Assembly (NCBI GenBank): GCA_963674965.2
Contig: CAXXFL010000006.1
Coordinates: 736,001 to 800,000 of the forward strand
Length of the DNA stretch: 64,000 nucleotides
Direction: 5' to 3'
Source: a bacterium
GTDB taxonomy: Bacteria > RBG-13-61-14 > DATKZS01
In this document: piece after piece, positions 40,357 to 51,628 of the stretch
Position numbering within the stretch: the stretch's first letter is position 1
How the letters are laid out: every line of letters starts with the position of its first letter
Made by a program: the position numbers and the translations under genes
The notes under the pieces: model-generated
Told to the model about the DNA's origin: nothing
Database searches by the model: none
What the model saw: the letters and a program-made list of their open reading frames with translations, nothing else

Positions 40357-40892
40357 TCGCTCTCTTCGCCGGGCGGCTTGGCCAGGGGTATCCCCAGCAG
40401 ATCGGCAACTTTTTTTTGGAAGTCGATTATCATCTCGGCCTGTTCGAGCCGCTTTTGGAGCTTCCCGTTCTCGCGCTCGAGGCGGGCCACTTCATCGGCC
40501 AGCGGGTTTTTGGCCTTGGGCTTGCGGCCCCGCTTTACGGGCGAAAGCGCTTTCAAGGCCCCCTCGTCCCGCTGCTTGCGCCAGGCCGTCAGGTGCGACG
40601 AATAAAGGCCCTCCCGGCGCAGCAGGGCGCCGACCTCGCCATGCCCCGAGCAGGCGTCGGCCTTCCCGAGGATTGCGAGCTTGTAAGCCGCGGTGAAGCG
40701 CCGCCGGGCGGGCTTTTCCGGGACCTCCGGCTCGGGAAGAATGATCGGCGCCCCCACCCGCTCGGGCCGCTTGGCAGGAGTGTCCTCCGGCTCGGCCGTC
40801 CCGGTTGGGGAGACTCCGGTCGCCCTACGGGCTCCCTCCGTCTCCCCAACAATCCCTGCCTTCTTCCTGTCTTCATCCATCTCTCTATACAT
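40353..40892 (-). CDS. IS3-family transposase OrfA (HTH plus coiled coil)
   Basis: RRRFTAAYKLAIL...ALLRREGLYSSHLTAWRKQ...LERENGKLQKRL...FQKKV. Confidence 0.9.
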   Translation of the reverse strand: MYREMDEDRKKAGIVGETEGARRATGVSPTGTAEPEDTPAKRPERVGAPIILPEPEVPEKPARRRFTAAYKLAILGKADACSGHGEVGALLRREGLYSSHLTAWRKQRDEGALKALSPVKRGRKPKAKNPLADEVARLERENGKLQKRLEQAEMIIDFQKKVADLLGIPLAKPPGEESE

Positions 40893-41679
40893 CCTAATAC
40901 CTCCCCCGCCCTACAGTAATTTAACATAGGGGAAGTGTCTCATCTACGTTGGCACAGAGGGCAGTTTCAAATGCTGTAGCAGACTTCTGGAATCTAAAGA
41001 ATGTAATTTGTTCACCAACGCCAAAGATATTTTTACAATGCTGATTTGTGCCCTCATGTAAGCAATCTACTTTTCTCACGTTTGCTTCACATTCATCTGA
41101 TACTTTTAAAGAGTATGCTTCGGTTGGAATGGATTTACTGGTGGGGTCAGGAAAAACAGAGCCCTGCGCCAGGAAAATTACTTTGCCATCCGTTGTATGG
41201 AACTTGGGGGTAATAGAGAACTCACCAAATACCGCGGTCCTGAAAGTAGCCCTTCCGGGATTGACGCTGTCTACAATAAGCTGGTTTTCAGGATAATCAG
41301 GCGTGACTTCGAACGAATAATGCCCCGGCGTGTCAGGAGGATGGATTGCGACTACGATATCCATGTAATTCTTCACAAGCACGGGTTCGCCCGGAATGTC
41401 ATCCTCGGCGTCTCGAATACTGGAAGCGACGGGACCGCTTGTATGCGCGGCAACGGAAACGTTAAAATCGGGGTCCCAAACATTGACATAATAAGGCGTG
41501 ATTTTCGGCTCGATCAGTTCAAGCCAAATGGCCTCGCGCTCCAGCGGCTCCTCCCTTGTTATCTCGATTCCGTAAGCTATTGTAATCATAAAAGTAAACA
41601 ATATCACAACCACGATTATAAGTGGCTTTACTCTGCCGGCCATCTATCAATACCCCCTTGATCTCCATAGATTCGGCTG

Positions 41680-41743
41680 ATCGGATATTATCCGATTTTC
41701 CCCTGATCCATCAGTACATAACATTTGCGTATCAATGTGTCAA
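41680..41743 (-). promoter_or_regulatory. Putative sigma70 promoter (TTGACA-17 nt-TATGTA) with a downstream palindrome ATCGGATA-n-TATCCGAT; repeated at 45354-45417
   Basis: Read directly upstream of the variable-protein ATG. Confidence 0.55.
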
Positions 41744-42840
41744 GAAATTATTCCCATGCGGCAAAATTGCCGGCAAATTCGAGGCCCCCAGAAAACCGGC
41801 CCCCTTGATCGGTTAACGAAGAACCCGTCGGTATGAACGTCGGACTTCGCGCTTGCCTCGCTGGATATCAAGGGATGATAGGCGGAGGGACGGGCGCCGC
41901 CGCGATAGCAAAGAACGTCCTGAGTATAACCGAATGCCTCGGGAGAACCGGGGACGATGGACCAGTCATCCCCGGTGGCCTGTGAGAAAACAACGGCGAC
42001 GCCGCCAGCCGAGACGTACTCGTCCAGATTGGAGATGAAAGACGCGGAATTTACGTAAGGCGAAAGCGACGCCGAGGGGATGACGAGGACCCTGACGCCC
42101 TCGGAAACGTACAGATCGGGTCCCAGGTCCGTGAAGGGATCGACGCTCCGGGAGGCGACGTTGATCGAGTCGAGAAAGGACGCGGCGTACTCCTCGAAAA
42201 GAGGGGCCCCCAATACTCCGACTCGAGCTCGCGGGTCGTCGCCGGAAAGGCGGCCGGGTATGTCCGTCGAGAGTATCTCGTTGTCGTCCGGTTTGGCCCA
42301 CTCGCAACCGGGAATCTCGCGGCTGTCGCTTCCAGAACTGAAGCCGCAACCGCCGACCGAGCAGCTGCAGGATTCCCAGTTCCAGTAAATAACGCAGTTT
42401 TCGTAATCGACGCTTAAATTGTGGAAACCCGCCGGCTCGACCGGTATTTCGATAATGTCCTCGTAATTGGCCAGAGGCTCGGCGGCGGCCGTTTTGATGT
42501 AAACCTTGGGATTTTTAAACGCCTCGCATGCCTCGCGGTCCTCGATCTCTCCGAGGTTCAAAGGAGTGATGGTTAAAATAACCGTTTCGCCCGATAATAA
42601 ATCGCCGCCGGGCAAAGGCTGGAAGCTTAAGCCCGTGACGATATCCGAGGGGTTTTCCTCGAGGCGGAAAACGTCGATAGCGTTCCCGTGAATGGTTACC
42701 TCGCCCTTGTTTTCGATCGGTACTTTGAAAATACCGCCGGCGGAAGGGGCCTTGAATCCTTCCTCGGCAAGGGTAGCGCGGCACGAAAGAAGAATGAAAA
42801 TTAAAGTGGAGAGTACTCTGACTTTGTTTTGCGGAAACAT
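41740..42840 (-). pseudogene. 5' fragment (about 342 codons) of giant gene B, tandem-unit copy
   Basis: Near-identical to 36483-37509; breaks at 41813/41814 after DGFFV. Confidence 0.9.
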
Positions 42841-42868
42841 GATAGCCTCCTAATGCAAGGACGGTTGG

Positions 42869-43708
42869 TTATTTGAGTACAGGGATATCAATATTGCCAA
42901 TTTTTTCGTCAATTGTTTCCTCGCGTATATAGTAAATCAACTCATTCTTTAATTCTGGATCGTGAACGTATGTCTCAATTAATTCGAGACAATCCGATTT
43001 GTTTTGATCTTTTTGATTGTGGTTATTTCGAAAACAGCAATTATTCACAAATCTCCTAATGGCATCATTTCGTTTACTGATAATTCTATTTTGTTCATTA
43101 ACATATTTATATCTTTCAATATCTGTGGCAAAGCACATTATATTTTCATCTCTAACAGGATAATCACATAAAGGATATTTTTCAGATGATATTTCATTTG
43201 ATTCCTTTTGATTTACTATTGAAAGTAATAATATTTGAAGAAGGCAATTAGACGTTTCTCGCTCTGCCTCAGGCTTATAAATATTTTCCCCATCAAATTT
43301 ATAGTTGTATGCATATTCTTTTATTTTCCATAACGATAATTCCGATTCTCTATTTAAATGACATTCAAGGGCACTGTCGGCCAAGAATATTACTTCGTCA
43401 GCGGCATTATTAATGTCTTGGAAATCTTTTTTCACTATACTTTCTTTAAATATGCCGCACAATTTGGTGCTTTTTTTAGAAGCAGCATTTAAATACATAT
43501 TACCTAATTCAGTAGGATCATCCATTTTATTTGCAATATCAATACACTCTTTAAAATGGGCGCCATAGTATTCTCGATTGTCCTCCAAGCATTTTTTAAA
43601 AGCAATATTTATATCCGGCTTAACTGAAATATCCTTTTCACTTTCACATCCCCAATATAATATTGTAAATAAAAGGCACAAGACCGATATTGATATAATC
43701 CTATACAT
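42869..43708 (-). CDS. Variable lipoprotein, copy b
   Basis: Lipobox YWGC; helical, Cys-containing, AT-rich; RBS GAGGAG. Confidence 0.85.
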   Translation of the reverse strand: MYRIISISVLCLLFTILYWGCESEKDISVKPDINIAFKKCLEDNREYYGAHFKECIDIANKMDDPTELGNMYLNAASKKSTKLCGIFKESIVKKDFQDINNAADEVIFLADSALECHLNRESELSLWKIKEYAYNYKFDGENIYKPEAERETSNCLLQILLLSIVNQKESNEISSEKYPLCDYPVRDENIMCFATDIERYKYVNEQNRIISKRNDAIRRFVNNCCFRNNHNQKDQNKSDCLELIETYVHDPELKNELIYYIREETIDEKIGNIDIPVLK

Positions 43709-43739
43709 AGTTTTCTCCTCTTAATTCAAAAGCAATAAA

Positions 43740-45317
43740 TCAATTTGGTAATTGAATATTTGGTTCCATCACCCAGGGCCCCCTTTGTGAAGTCGTGGTG
43801 TAATATAAAGAATTCCCATTATCCGCGCAAGGATTGGCTGGGCCATCTGGATTGCCTGGGGAATCGTTTTCACTTAACTTGTCAATAACTCGCCTTGCGT
43901 TGGCTGTTTTATTGGGATAGAAAATTGCACAAAAACCCGAGTTGCCCAGTTCATTCCAGACGGGATTTACTGCATTTTTATCTTTTGTCCATTCGATTCT
44001 AATGCTAACTGGAAACTTGAAAGGCGCTCTAACACCATTCATTAATTCCTTAGGCCACAGATTAGTAACAGCTTTATCTCTATAAAAATTTTGATTGGGA
44101 TAGTTATAAATAATTATAGTCCCCAAACTGGAACCCGATAAAGGAATGCAGAATGTTTCTCCTTTGGGCCAAACCCAATTTATACAGTAATTCTCCCCTA
44201 AAGAATTCCCATAATTAAAGTTTTCACGCAAACCAATGTTTTTAAAACAAGCTTGAGTCGGCTCTATATCGAGATAAAAACCAGCGTCAACCCCAATGGA
44301 TTTACCAGTAAGAAAATTACCTTGCTGGCCATATTGACCTATGTATGAACAATATGTTTGATCCTGTTCACCAGACGCGCATTCCATATTAGCCGGCTTA
44401 AATTTTCTCGGTACCATTACTTTTGGCTCAGATACTTTAAAATGGTACTCTCTTTTAAATTTATACACGCCATTTTCAGTATCCAAATCAAAATAATTTG
44501 TCACAATATCTTCGACGTCGGGATTATATGACACTTTAAATATAGGTGCCCTTTCATTTATTTCATCTAAAGTTATCGTCTCTCCAGATACAAAACCACC
44601 AGCGGCTGGATTTAAATGTTTCCATAAAGAACGCTCAGTTTCACATATTTCAGGGGACTTCTGGAATCTAAAGAATGTAATTTGCTCACCAACGCCAAAG
44701 ATATTTTTACAATTTTGATTTGTTCCATCATTTATGCAATCTACTTTTCTCACGTTTTCTTCACATTCATCTGATACTTTTAAAGAGTATGCTTCGGTTG
44801 GAATGGATTTACTGGTGGGGTCAGGAAAGGCAGAACCCTGCGCCAGGAAAATTACTTTGCCATCCGTTGTATGGAACTTGGGGGTAATAGAGAACTCACC
44901 AAATACCGCGGTCCTGAAAGTAGCCCTTCCGGGATTGACGCTGTCCACAATAAGCTGGTTTTCAGGATAATCAGGCGTGACTTCGAACGAATAATGCCCC
45001 GGCGTGTCAGGAGGATGGATTGCGACTACGATATCCATGTAATTCTTCACAAGCACGGGTTCGCCCGGAATGTCCTCCTCGGCGTCTCGAGTACTGGAAA
45101 CGACGGGACCGCTTGTATGCGCGGCAACGGAAACGTTAAAATCGGGGTCCCAAACATTGACATAATAAGGCGTGATTTTCGGCTCGATCAGTTCAAGCCA
45201 AATGGCCTCGCGCACCAGCGGCTCCTCCCTTGTTATCTCGATTCCATAAGCTATTGTAATCATGAAAGTAAACAATATCACAACCGCGATTATAAGTGGC
45301 TTTACTCTGCCGGCCAT
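43740..45317 (-). CDS. Secreted Cys-rich variable protein, copy b (525 aa; the only intact copy), function unknown
   Basis: N-terminal signal sequence; about 160 constant residues, then an AT-rich variable region. Confidence 0.85.
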   Translation of the reverse strand: MAGRVKPLIIAVVILFTFMITIAYGIEITREEPLVREAIWLELIEPKITPYYVNVWDPDFNVSVAAHTSGPVVSSTRDAEEDIPGEPVLVKNYMDIVVAIHPPDTPGHYSFEVTPDYPENQLIVDSVNPGRATFRTAVFGEFSITPKFHTTDGKVIFLAQGSAFPDPTSKSIPTEAYSLKVSDECEENVRKVDCINDGTNQNCKNIFGVGEQITFFRFQKSPEICETERSLWKHLNPAAGGFVSGETITLDEINERAPIFKVSYNPDVEDIVTNYFDLDTENGVYKFKREYHFKVSEPKVMVPRKFKPANMECASGEQDQTYCSYIGQYGQQGNFLTGKSIGVDAGFYLDIEPTQACFKNIGLRENFNYGNSLGENYCINWVWPKGETFCIPLSGSSLGTIIIYNYPNQNFYRDKAVTNLWPKELMNGVRAPFKFPVSIRIEWTKDKNAVNPVWNELGNSGFCAIFYPNKTANARRVIDKLSENDSPGNPDGPANPCADNGNSLYYTTTSQRGPWVMEPNIQLPN

Positions 45318-45413
45318 CTATCAATACCCCCTTGATCTCCATAGATTCGGCTGATCGGATATTATCCGATTTTCCCCTGATCCATCAGTACATAACATTT
45401 GCGTATCAATGTG

Positions 45414-46514
45414 TCAAGAAATTATTCCCATGCGGCAAAATTGCCGGCAAATTCGAGGCCCCCAGAAAACCGGCCCCCTTGATCGGTTAACGAAGGACCC
45501 GTCGGTATGAACGTCGGACTTCGCGCTTGCCTCGCTGGATATCAAGGGATGATAGGCGGAGGGACGGGCGCCGCCGCGATAGCAAAGAACGTCCTGAGTA
45601 TAACCGAAGGCATCGGGAGAACCGGGGACGATGGACCAGTCATCCCCGGTGGCCTGTGAGAAAACAACGGCGACGCCGCCAGCCGAGACGTACTCGTCCA
45701 GATTGGAGATGAAAGACGCGGAATTTACGTAAGGCGAAAGCGACGCCGAGGGGATGACGAGGACCCTGACGCCCTCGGAAACGTACAGATCGGGTCCCAG
45801 GTCCGTGAAGGGATCGACGCTCCGGGAGGCGACGTTGATCGAGTCGAGAAAGGACGCGGCGTACTCCTCGAAAAGAGGGACCCCCAATACTCCGACTCGA
45901 GCTCGCGGGTCGTCGCCGGAAAGGCGGCCGGGTATGTCCGTCGAGAGTATCTCGTTGTCGTCCGGCTTGGCCCACTCGCAACCGGGAATCTCGCGGCTGT
46001 CGCTTCCCGAACTGAAGCCGCAACCGCCGACAGAGCAACTGCAGGATTCCCAGTTCCAGTAAATAACGCAGTTTTCGTAATCGACGCTGAAATTGTGGAA
46101 ACCCGCCGGCTCGACCGGTATTTCGATAATGTCCTCGTAATTGGCCAGAGGCTCGGCGGCGGCCGTTTTGATGTAAACCTTGGGATTTTTAAACGCCTCG
46201 CATGCCTCGCGGTCCTCGATCTCTCCGAGGTTCAAAGGAGTGATGGTTAAAATAACCGTTTCGCCAGATAATAAATCGCCGCCGGGCAAAGGCTGGAAGC
46301 TTATGCCCGTGACGATATCCGAGGGGTTTTCCTCGAGGCGGAAAACGTCGATAGCGTTCCCGTGAATGGTTACCTCGCCCTTGTTTTCGATCGGTACTTT
46401 GAAAATACCGCCGGCGGAAGGGGCCTTGAATGCTTCCTCGGCAAGGGTAGCGCGGCACGAAAGAAGAATGAAAATTAAAGTGGAGAGTACTCTGACTTTG
46501 TTTTGCGGAAACAT
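45414..46514 (-). pseudogene. 5' fragment of giant gene B, second tandem-unit copy
   Basis: Near-identical to 41740-42840, offset 3674 bp, with the same breakpoint. Confidence 0.9.
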
Positions 46515-46542
46515 GATAGCCTCCTAATGCAAGGACGGTTGG

Positions 46543-47385
46543 TTATTTTAGTTCAGGAATATCAAAGTGGCCAAGTTTTTTTGGAACGGTTTCCTCGCGT
46601 ACGTAGTAAATCAACTCATTCTTCAATTCTTGATCGACAACGTACGTATCGATCAACTCCAGACAATCTTTTTTGCTCTTCTCCTTTTGGCCATGTCGAT
46701 TGTCTAGACAATAGGAAATAAAATCACAAGTGTACGAAAAGCGATCCTCAATAATGCGATTTTGTTCTTCTACATAATTTGTTCTTTCTTCATAAGTTTC
46801 AAAGCATTTAGAATAATCTACTTGGCCATATGGTTCAGAGCATATCGGGTATTTTTCATATTGTATGATTTCATTTTCCTTTTGGTTTGTAATTGAAAAT
46901 AGTAATAGATGAAGCTGGCAATTAATCACTTCTCGTTCTATCTCCGGCAGATATTTCATATCGCCTTCCGTTCTATAGGCGTATGCATATGATTTGCTTT
47001 CCCAAATTTTCAGCTTGGCGCCCGCATCTAAATCGCATTCCAAGGCCTTATTGTAAAGGGCAATCACTTCATCCGCCGCTTTGCTTAAATCTCGGTAATC
47101 GCCATTATTTGACTCTGCTTTTTTGAACAATTTATGCAATTTTGCATGCTTAGACGACGCCGCGATATAATACACTTTCCCTTTTTTGGTTTGATCATCC
47201 ATCTCCTTTGCAATATCGAGGCAATCATCAATATGTGATTCATAATATTTAAAACTGCCTTGCAAGCATTTCTGCTGAGTGACGCTTTCGCCTGGTTCAC
47301 TTGGGATATTATTACATCCAACATGTAAAAAAACGGCAATAAATAGAAAGCCACATATGTCTGATAAAGATATTTTCTTAGCCAT
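46543..47385 (-). CDS. Variable lipoprotein, copy c (most divergent)
   Basis: Lipobox HVGC; shares AADEVI, ALEC.L, EKYP.C and DCLELI.T.V.D.ELKNELI motifs with copies a and b. Confidence 0.85.
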   Translation of the reverse strand: MAKKISLSDICGFLFIAVFLHVGCNNIPSEPGESVTQQKCLQGSFKYYESHIDDCLDIAKEMDDQTKKGKVYYIAASSKHAKLHKLFKKAESNNGDYRDLSKAADEVIALYNKALECDLDAGAKLKIWESKSYAYAYRTEGDMKYLPEIEREVINCQLHLLLFSITNQKENEIIQYEKYPICSEPYGQVDYSKCFETYEERTNYVEEQNRIIEDRFSYTCDFISYCLDNRHGQKEKSKKDCLELIDTYVVDQELKNELIYYVREETVPKKLGHFDIPELK

Positions 47386-47416
47386 AGTAATCTCCTCTCA
47401 CTTTAAAGGCAAATCA

Positions 47417-48840
47417 TCAATTTGGCAATGGAATACTAGATTGAGTCACCCAAGGCCCTCTAGGTGAAGTTGTAGTGTAATACAATGAGTTTCCATTCTC
47501 CGCGCATGGATGAGTTGGACCATCGGGATTGCCAGGAGAATCGTTTTCACTTAGCTTATCGATCACTCTCCTCGCATTGGCGCTTCCATTTGGATAGAAA
47601 TAGGCACAAAAACCAGAGTTGCCTAGTTCATTCCAGACGGGGTTTGGTGCATCTTTATCTTCAGTCCATTCAATTTTAATGCTAACGTGATATTGAAAAG
47701 TGTCAATAACTCCATTCATTAATTCCTTAGGCCAAATAGAAGTAACAGCCTTATCTCTATAGAAAGTATGACCTGGAAATCTTGTAACTGGTATCGTGCC
47801 CTCAGATGAAGCTTCCATTTCAAAGCAAAATGATTCGTTATTGGGCCAATTCCATTTCATGCAGTAATTTGACCCCATGTCATTCCCATAATTGAAGTTT
47901 TCACGGATATCGATATTATCAAAACAAGCTTGACTTGGCTCCAAATCGAGATAATAACCCGCGTCCACCCCGATGGATTTTCCAGTTGTTATATCACCTT
48001 CTTCACCATAATTACCTATGTATGAACAGTATGTTTCATCTTGTTCTCCTGAGGCGCATTCATCGGCTGTTGGCTTGTATTTCCTGGGTATCAATAGATT
48101 CGGCTCGACTACTTTGAATTGATACTCATCTTTAAATCTATAATACACTTGCCCATTGTCCACATATCGAAAGAAATAAGCAGTCACTGTATCATCAGAA
48201 TTGGGCGTATAAGACACATTAAATTTTACTGGGCTTCCTTTAGTGACCTCATTGCAAGAATGAGCTGGAGTAGGAGGGTCAGTATTTGTGTCTCCTTCGC
48301 ATAAAAATGCCCCCGCGTTGGGATTAGAATGTTTCCAGAGCGCAAATATACCCGAAGGCGTATCCGGATTTTTCTCATGGATATAAAAATTTATCTCCTC
48401 TCCTATGCCAAAGAAATTCTTGCAATTTTTATTTGTTTGCTCAGCTATGCAATCTACTTGTTTTACCAACGTTTGACAAGTATCTTTGACTCTCAAAGAA
48501 AATGTTTTAGTTGTTATCGCTTTACTGGTCTCGTCACCATCGATGGAACCCTGCGCCAGGAAAATTACTTTGCCATCCGTTGTATGGAACTTGGGGGTAA
48601 TAGAGAACTCACCAAATACCGCGGTCCTGAAAGTAGCCCTTCCGGGATTGACGCTGTCCACAATAAGCTGGTTTTCAGGATAATCAGGCGTGACTTCGAA
48701 AGAATAATGCCCCGGCGTGTCAGGAGGATGGATTGCGACTACGATATCCATGTAATTCTTCACAAGCACGGGTTCGCCCGGAATGTCATCCTCGGCGTCT
48801 CGAATACTGGAAACGACGGGACCGCTTGTATGCGCGGCAA
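47417..48840 (-). pseudogene. Secreted variable protein, copy c, lacking the first ~64 codons
   Basis: Similarity to copy b starts at AAHTSG; joined to the IS3 remnant through GGCAA microhomology. Confidence 0.88.
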
Positions 48841-50026
48841 ACTGTTTATTTCCTCCGGTTTCGCCGGTGGGTTGATCCACGCTTTGCCGGGCAACTCCGG
48901 CGCCGTCGGCGGTCTTTTCACGAAGCGCTCCGGTTTTTTTTCATAGGCGTGGTCGAGCGTTTTTTGCCTGGCGGCCACGATCTCGCTCGCCATTCCGTAA
49001 TGGACCATCTCGGGCGTCATCAGGCCGATCCCGGTGTGCCGATGCTCGCGGTTGTACCAATCGAAAAACTTCACGCAAAAGGCCCTGGCGTCCTCGATGG
49101 AGCCGAACCGGCTCGGGAACTCGGGCCGGTACTTCATGGTCTTGAACTGGCTTTCCGAGTAGGGGTTGTCCCCTCGTCCAGGAGCGTTGCCCAGACCTCG
49201 CGGGGGGCCTTGTCGGCAAAGCGCTCGGAGTGGAGTTCGTCCAGCACCCGGCGCCGCTCGTCCTCGCTCAACGACCTTGCCGGCTTGGCCGCGCGCCTCG
49301 GCGGCGGAGGCCCGAAGGGAATTTTAGCGCGACGATTAAACGTTGCTCGCGACAGGCCCAGGGCCTCGCAGGCGGCCTTGGCGCCGACCCGGGGAGCGGC
49401 CGTGCTTGCCGATTCCATCATTCGCTCTCTTCGCCGGGCGGCTTGGCCAGGGGTATCCCCAGCAGATCGGCAACTTTTTTTTGGAAGTCGATTATCATCT
49501 CGGCCTGTTCGAGCCGCTTTTGGAGCTTCCCGTTCTCGCGCTCGAGGCGGGCCACTTCATCGGCCAGCGGGTTTTTGGCCTTGGGCTTGCGGCCCCGCTT
49601 TACGGGCGAAAGCGCTTTCAAGGCCCCCTCGTCCCGCTGCTTGCGCCAGGCCGTCAGGTGCGACGAATAAAGGCCCTCCCGGCGCAGCAGGGCGCCGACC
49701 TCGCCATGCCCCGAGCAGGCGTCGGCCTTCCCGAGGATTGCGAGCTTGTAAGCCGCGGTGAAGCGCCGCCGGGCGGGCTTTTCCGGGACCTCCGGCTCGG
49801 GAAGAATGATCGGCGCCCCCACCCGCTCGGGCCGCTTGGCAGGAGTGTCCTCCGGCTCGGCCGTCCCGGTTGGGGAGACTCCGGTCGCCCTACGGGCTCC
49901 CTCCGTCTCCCCAACAATCCCTGCCTTCTTCCTGTCTTCATCCATCTCTCTATACATCCTAATACCTCCCCCGCCCTACAGTAATTTAACATAGGGGAAG
50001 TGTCTCATCTACGTTGGCACAGAGGG
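48836..50026 (-). mobile_element. IS3-family element, defective copy (orfA 49418-49957 intact; 424-bp deletion in orfB; right end lost)
   Basis: Matches 39300-40961 with an offset change from 9065 to 9489; the deletion lies between TGTC microhomologies. Confidence 0.9.
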
Positions 50027-51628
50027 TACGCCTGTAGTATTACCGGCCAAATCTTCCGCGAAGCCCGTAACTTCATATGTGCCATCCCATGAAAATGTGT
50101 TAGCTGATTCAATCGGATATTCCATTCCATTGACTGATAGGGCTTCACCATCTGGAAAACGATGGATGTCGGAAACGGTCATGGCCACGTTAACGTCACT
50201 ATTGTAGTATTGGCCAGTTAAATATCCCGTGATTTCAATAACTGGAGGAGTGAAGTCAAGAATAATGGTCTTATCAGCGCTGGAGGTATTTCCAGCAAGA
50301 TCCGATGCATATCCATAAACCGAGTAAGCTCCTTCATCTTGTAGTGAAATGTCTTCATCAACGTTTAATTCTGGCCAATCGTTTCCGTCGAACACGATAT
50401 GGACCGTTTCGGATAAATGGTCTCTGTGTTCATCATGGACGTTGACGGAAAAAACAAGCGGTAATCTAGAATATGATCCGTTTACTATTGGTATAAGCAC
50501 CCATGGCGGAGTCCGGTCAATCGTGAACCTGATTTCCTCATCGGAATAATTGAAGGAAGTATCCCATGCCCACGCTTTAAGCAAATAATCACCATCTTCG
50601 GAAATGCTAGACCCGTTTATAAAATCAATATCGTTCAAAACTGTTTTTATTCCAGCGAGATTCAAGTCGTACGCGCATGTCTCAGGATATAAAATATCAT
50701 TAGTTAATTCTTCAGGCTCTACTCCGGCAATTTCAATATCTGGCGGAATGGTATCGACGACCCAAAATGAAGTAGCAAGAAGGCTTGTCGCGTCTGAAGC
50801 TATCATCATGGCGCTAAGGTTGTAATCGGAAAGTAGTTCCAGGTCAGTTTCAGGAATAATGACATTGCGAAATGTATCTCCATCCAAAGTCATGGTTTCA
50901 TTGAATATGGTTTCGCCGTCAAGCAACAGAATAAACTCTCCGCTAAATCCTTCTCCCCAGAGAAAAACCGATATATAGGCGTCATCATAACCGAATTCAT
51001 AATTCAACGCGTCGGTTGCCAATGATTTCACGGCAAAGTTGCCCACGTCAATTGTAGATTCGATAGATGCTAATGCCTTATTACGATATGGGTCTCTAAA
51101 AAGTTTATAATGGATTTTATGTTTCCCCATAAATTCAGTTGAAAGATCGCCGGAAAGCAAGTATAGGTTGTTTCCTTTATAAAGGTCTTTTTCTCCACTG
51201 AATATTAGATATTCCATCCCATCAGGCTTTTCCAGATATCCCTCCAGGTATCCATGGAAATCATGATTAACCCACACGACCACCTCGGAGTTCACCTCAT
51301 CTTGAGGATAATATTTCATCTTGTCATGGTCTACTGAAATGAAATATGCCTTGTATGTATCAATATCAACGGGGTATTCATAAGTGGCGCCCGCGAAAGT
51401 ATAGTAAATAATTTCAGTTCCGGTGGCGGCGTATTCCGACAGAGCGTAATCGAATGACTGATCGCCATGAGCCGTAAGATTGAGAACGGCGTCTAAATCT
51501 CGTTCAAAAGCCATTACCCTTGAAGGTCCATCCACTGTCGCTCCAATAGTGATGGATATCGTTTCTCCAGGCAGATATACTTGCTTGTCGGTCCACAGCC
51601 AAACTTCAAAGCATCCTTCGTGAACCCA
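50027..51628 (-). pseudogene. Downstream part of giant gene A (Ig-like repeats), between the IS110 and IS3 insertions
   Basis: In frame with 53213-63121 once IS110 is removed (…YINSM|WVHEGCFEVWLWTDKQVY); D.TPP...AxDLAGN Ig-like repeats; cut by IS3 at 50026. Confidence 0.9.

Larger units (their letters stand above)
39300..40961 (-). mobile_element. IS3-family insertion sequence, complete copy, with 3-bp CAG target duplication
   Basis: orfA and orfB; imperfect inverted repeats TGTGyCAA..ATGAGACAC set 5 nt inside the ends; ends fixed by comparison with the uninterrupted paralogue and the second copy. Confidence 0.9.
38404..41643 (-). pseudogene. Secreted Cys-rich variable protein, copy a, interrupted by an IS3-family element
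   Basis: Removing 39300-40961 and one CAG restores QKSATAFETGRSFW in frame, matching copy b (QKSPEICETERSLW). Confidence 0.9.

Noticed and set aside
36483-48840. Diversity-generating retroelement as the source of the variable repeats
   Set aside because: No reverse transcriptase is in the window, and the differences span kilobases and are not restricted to adenines.
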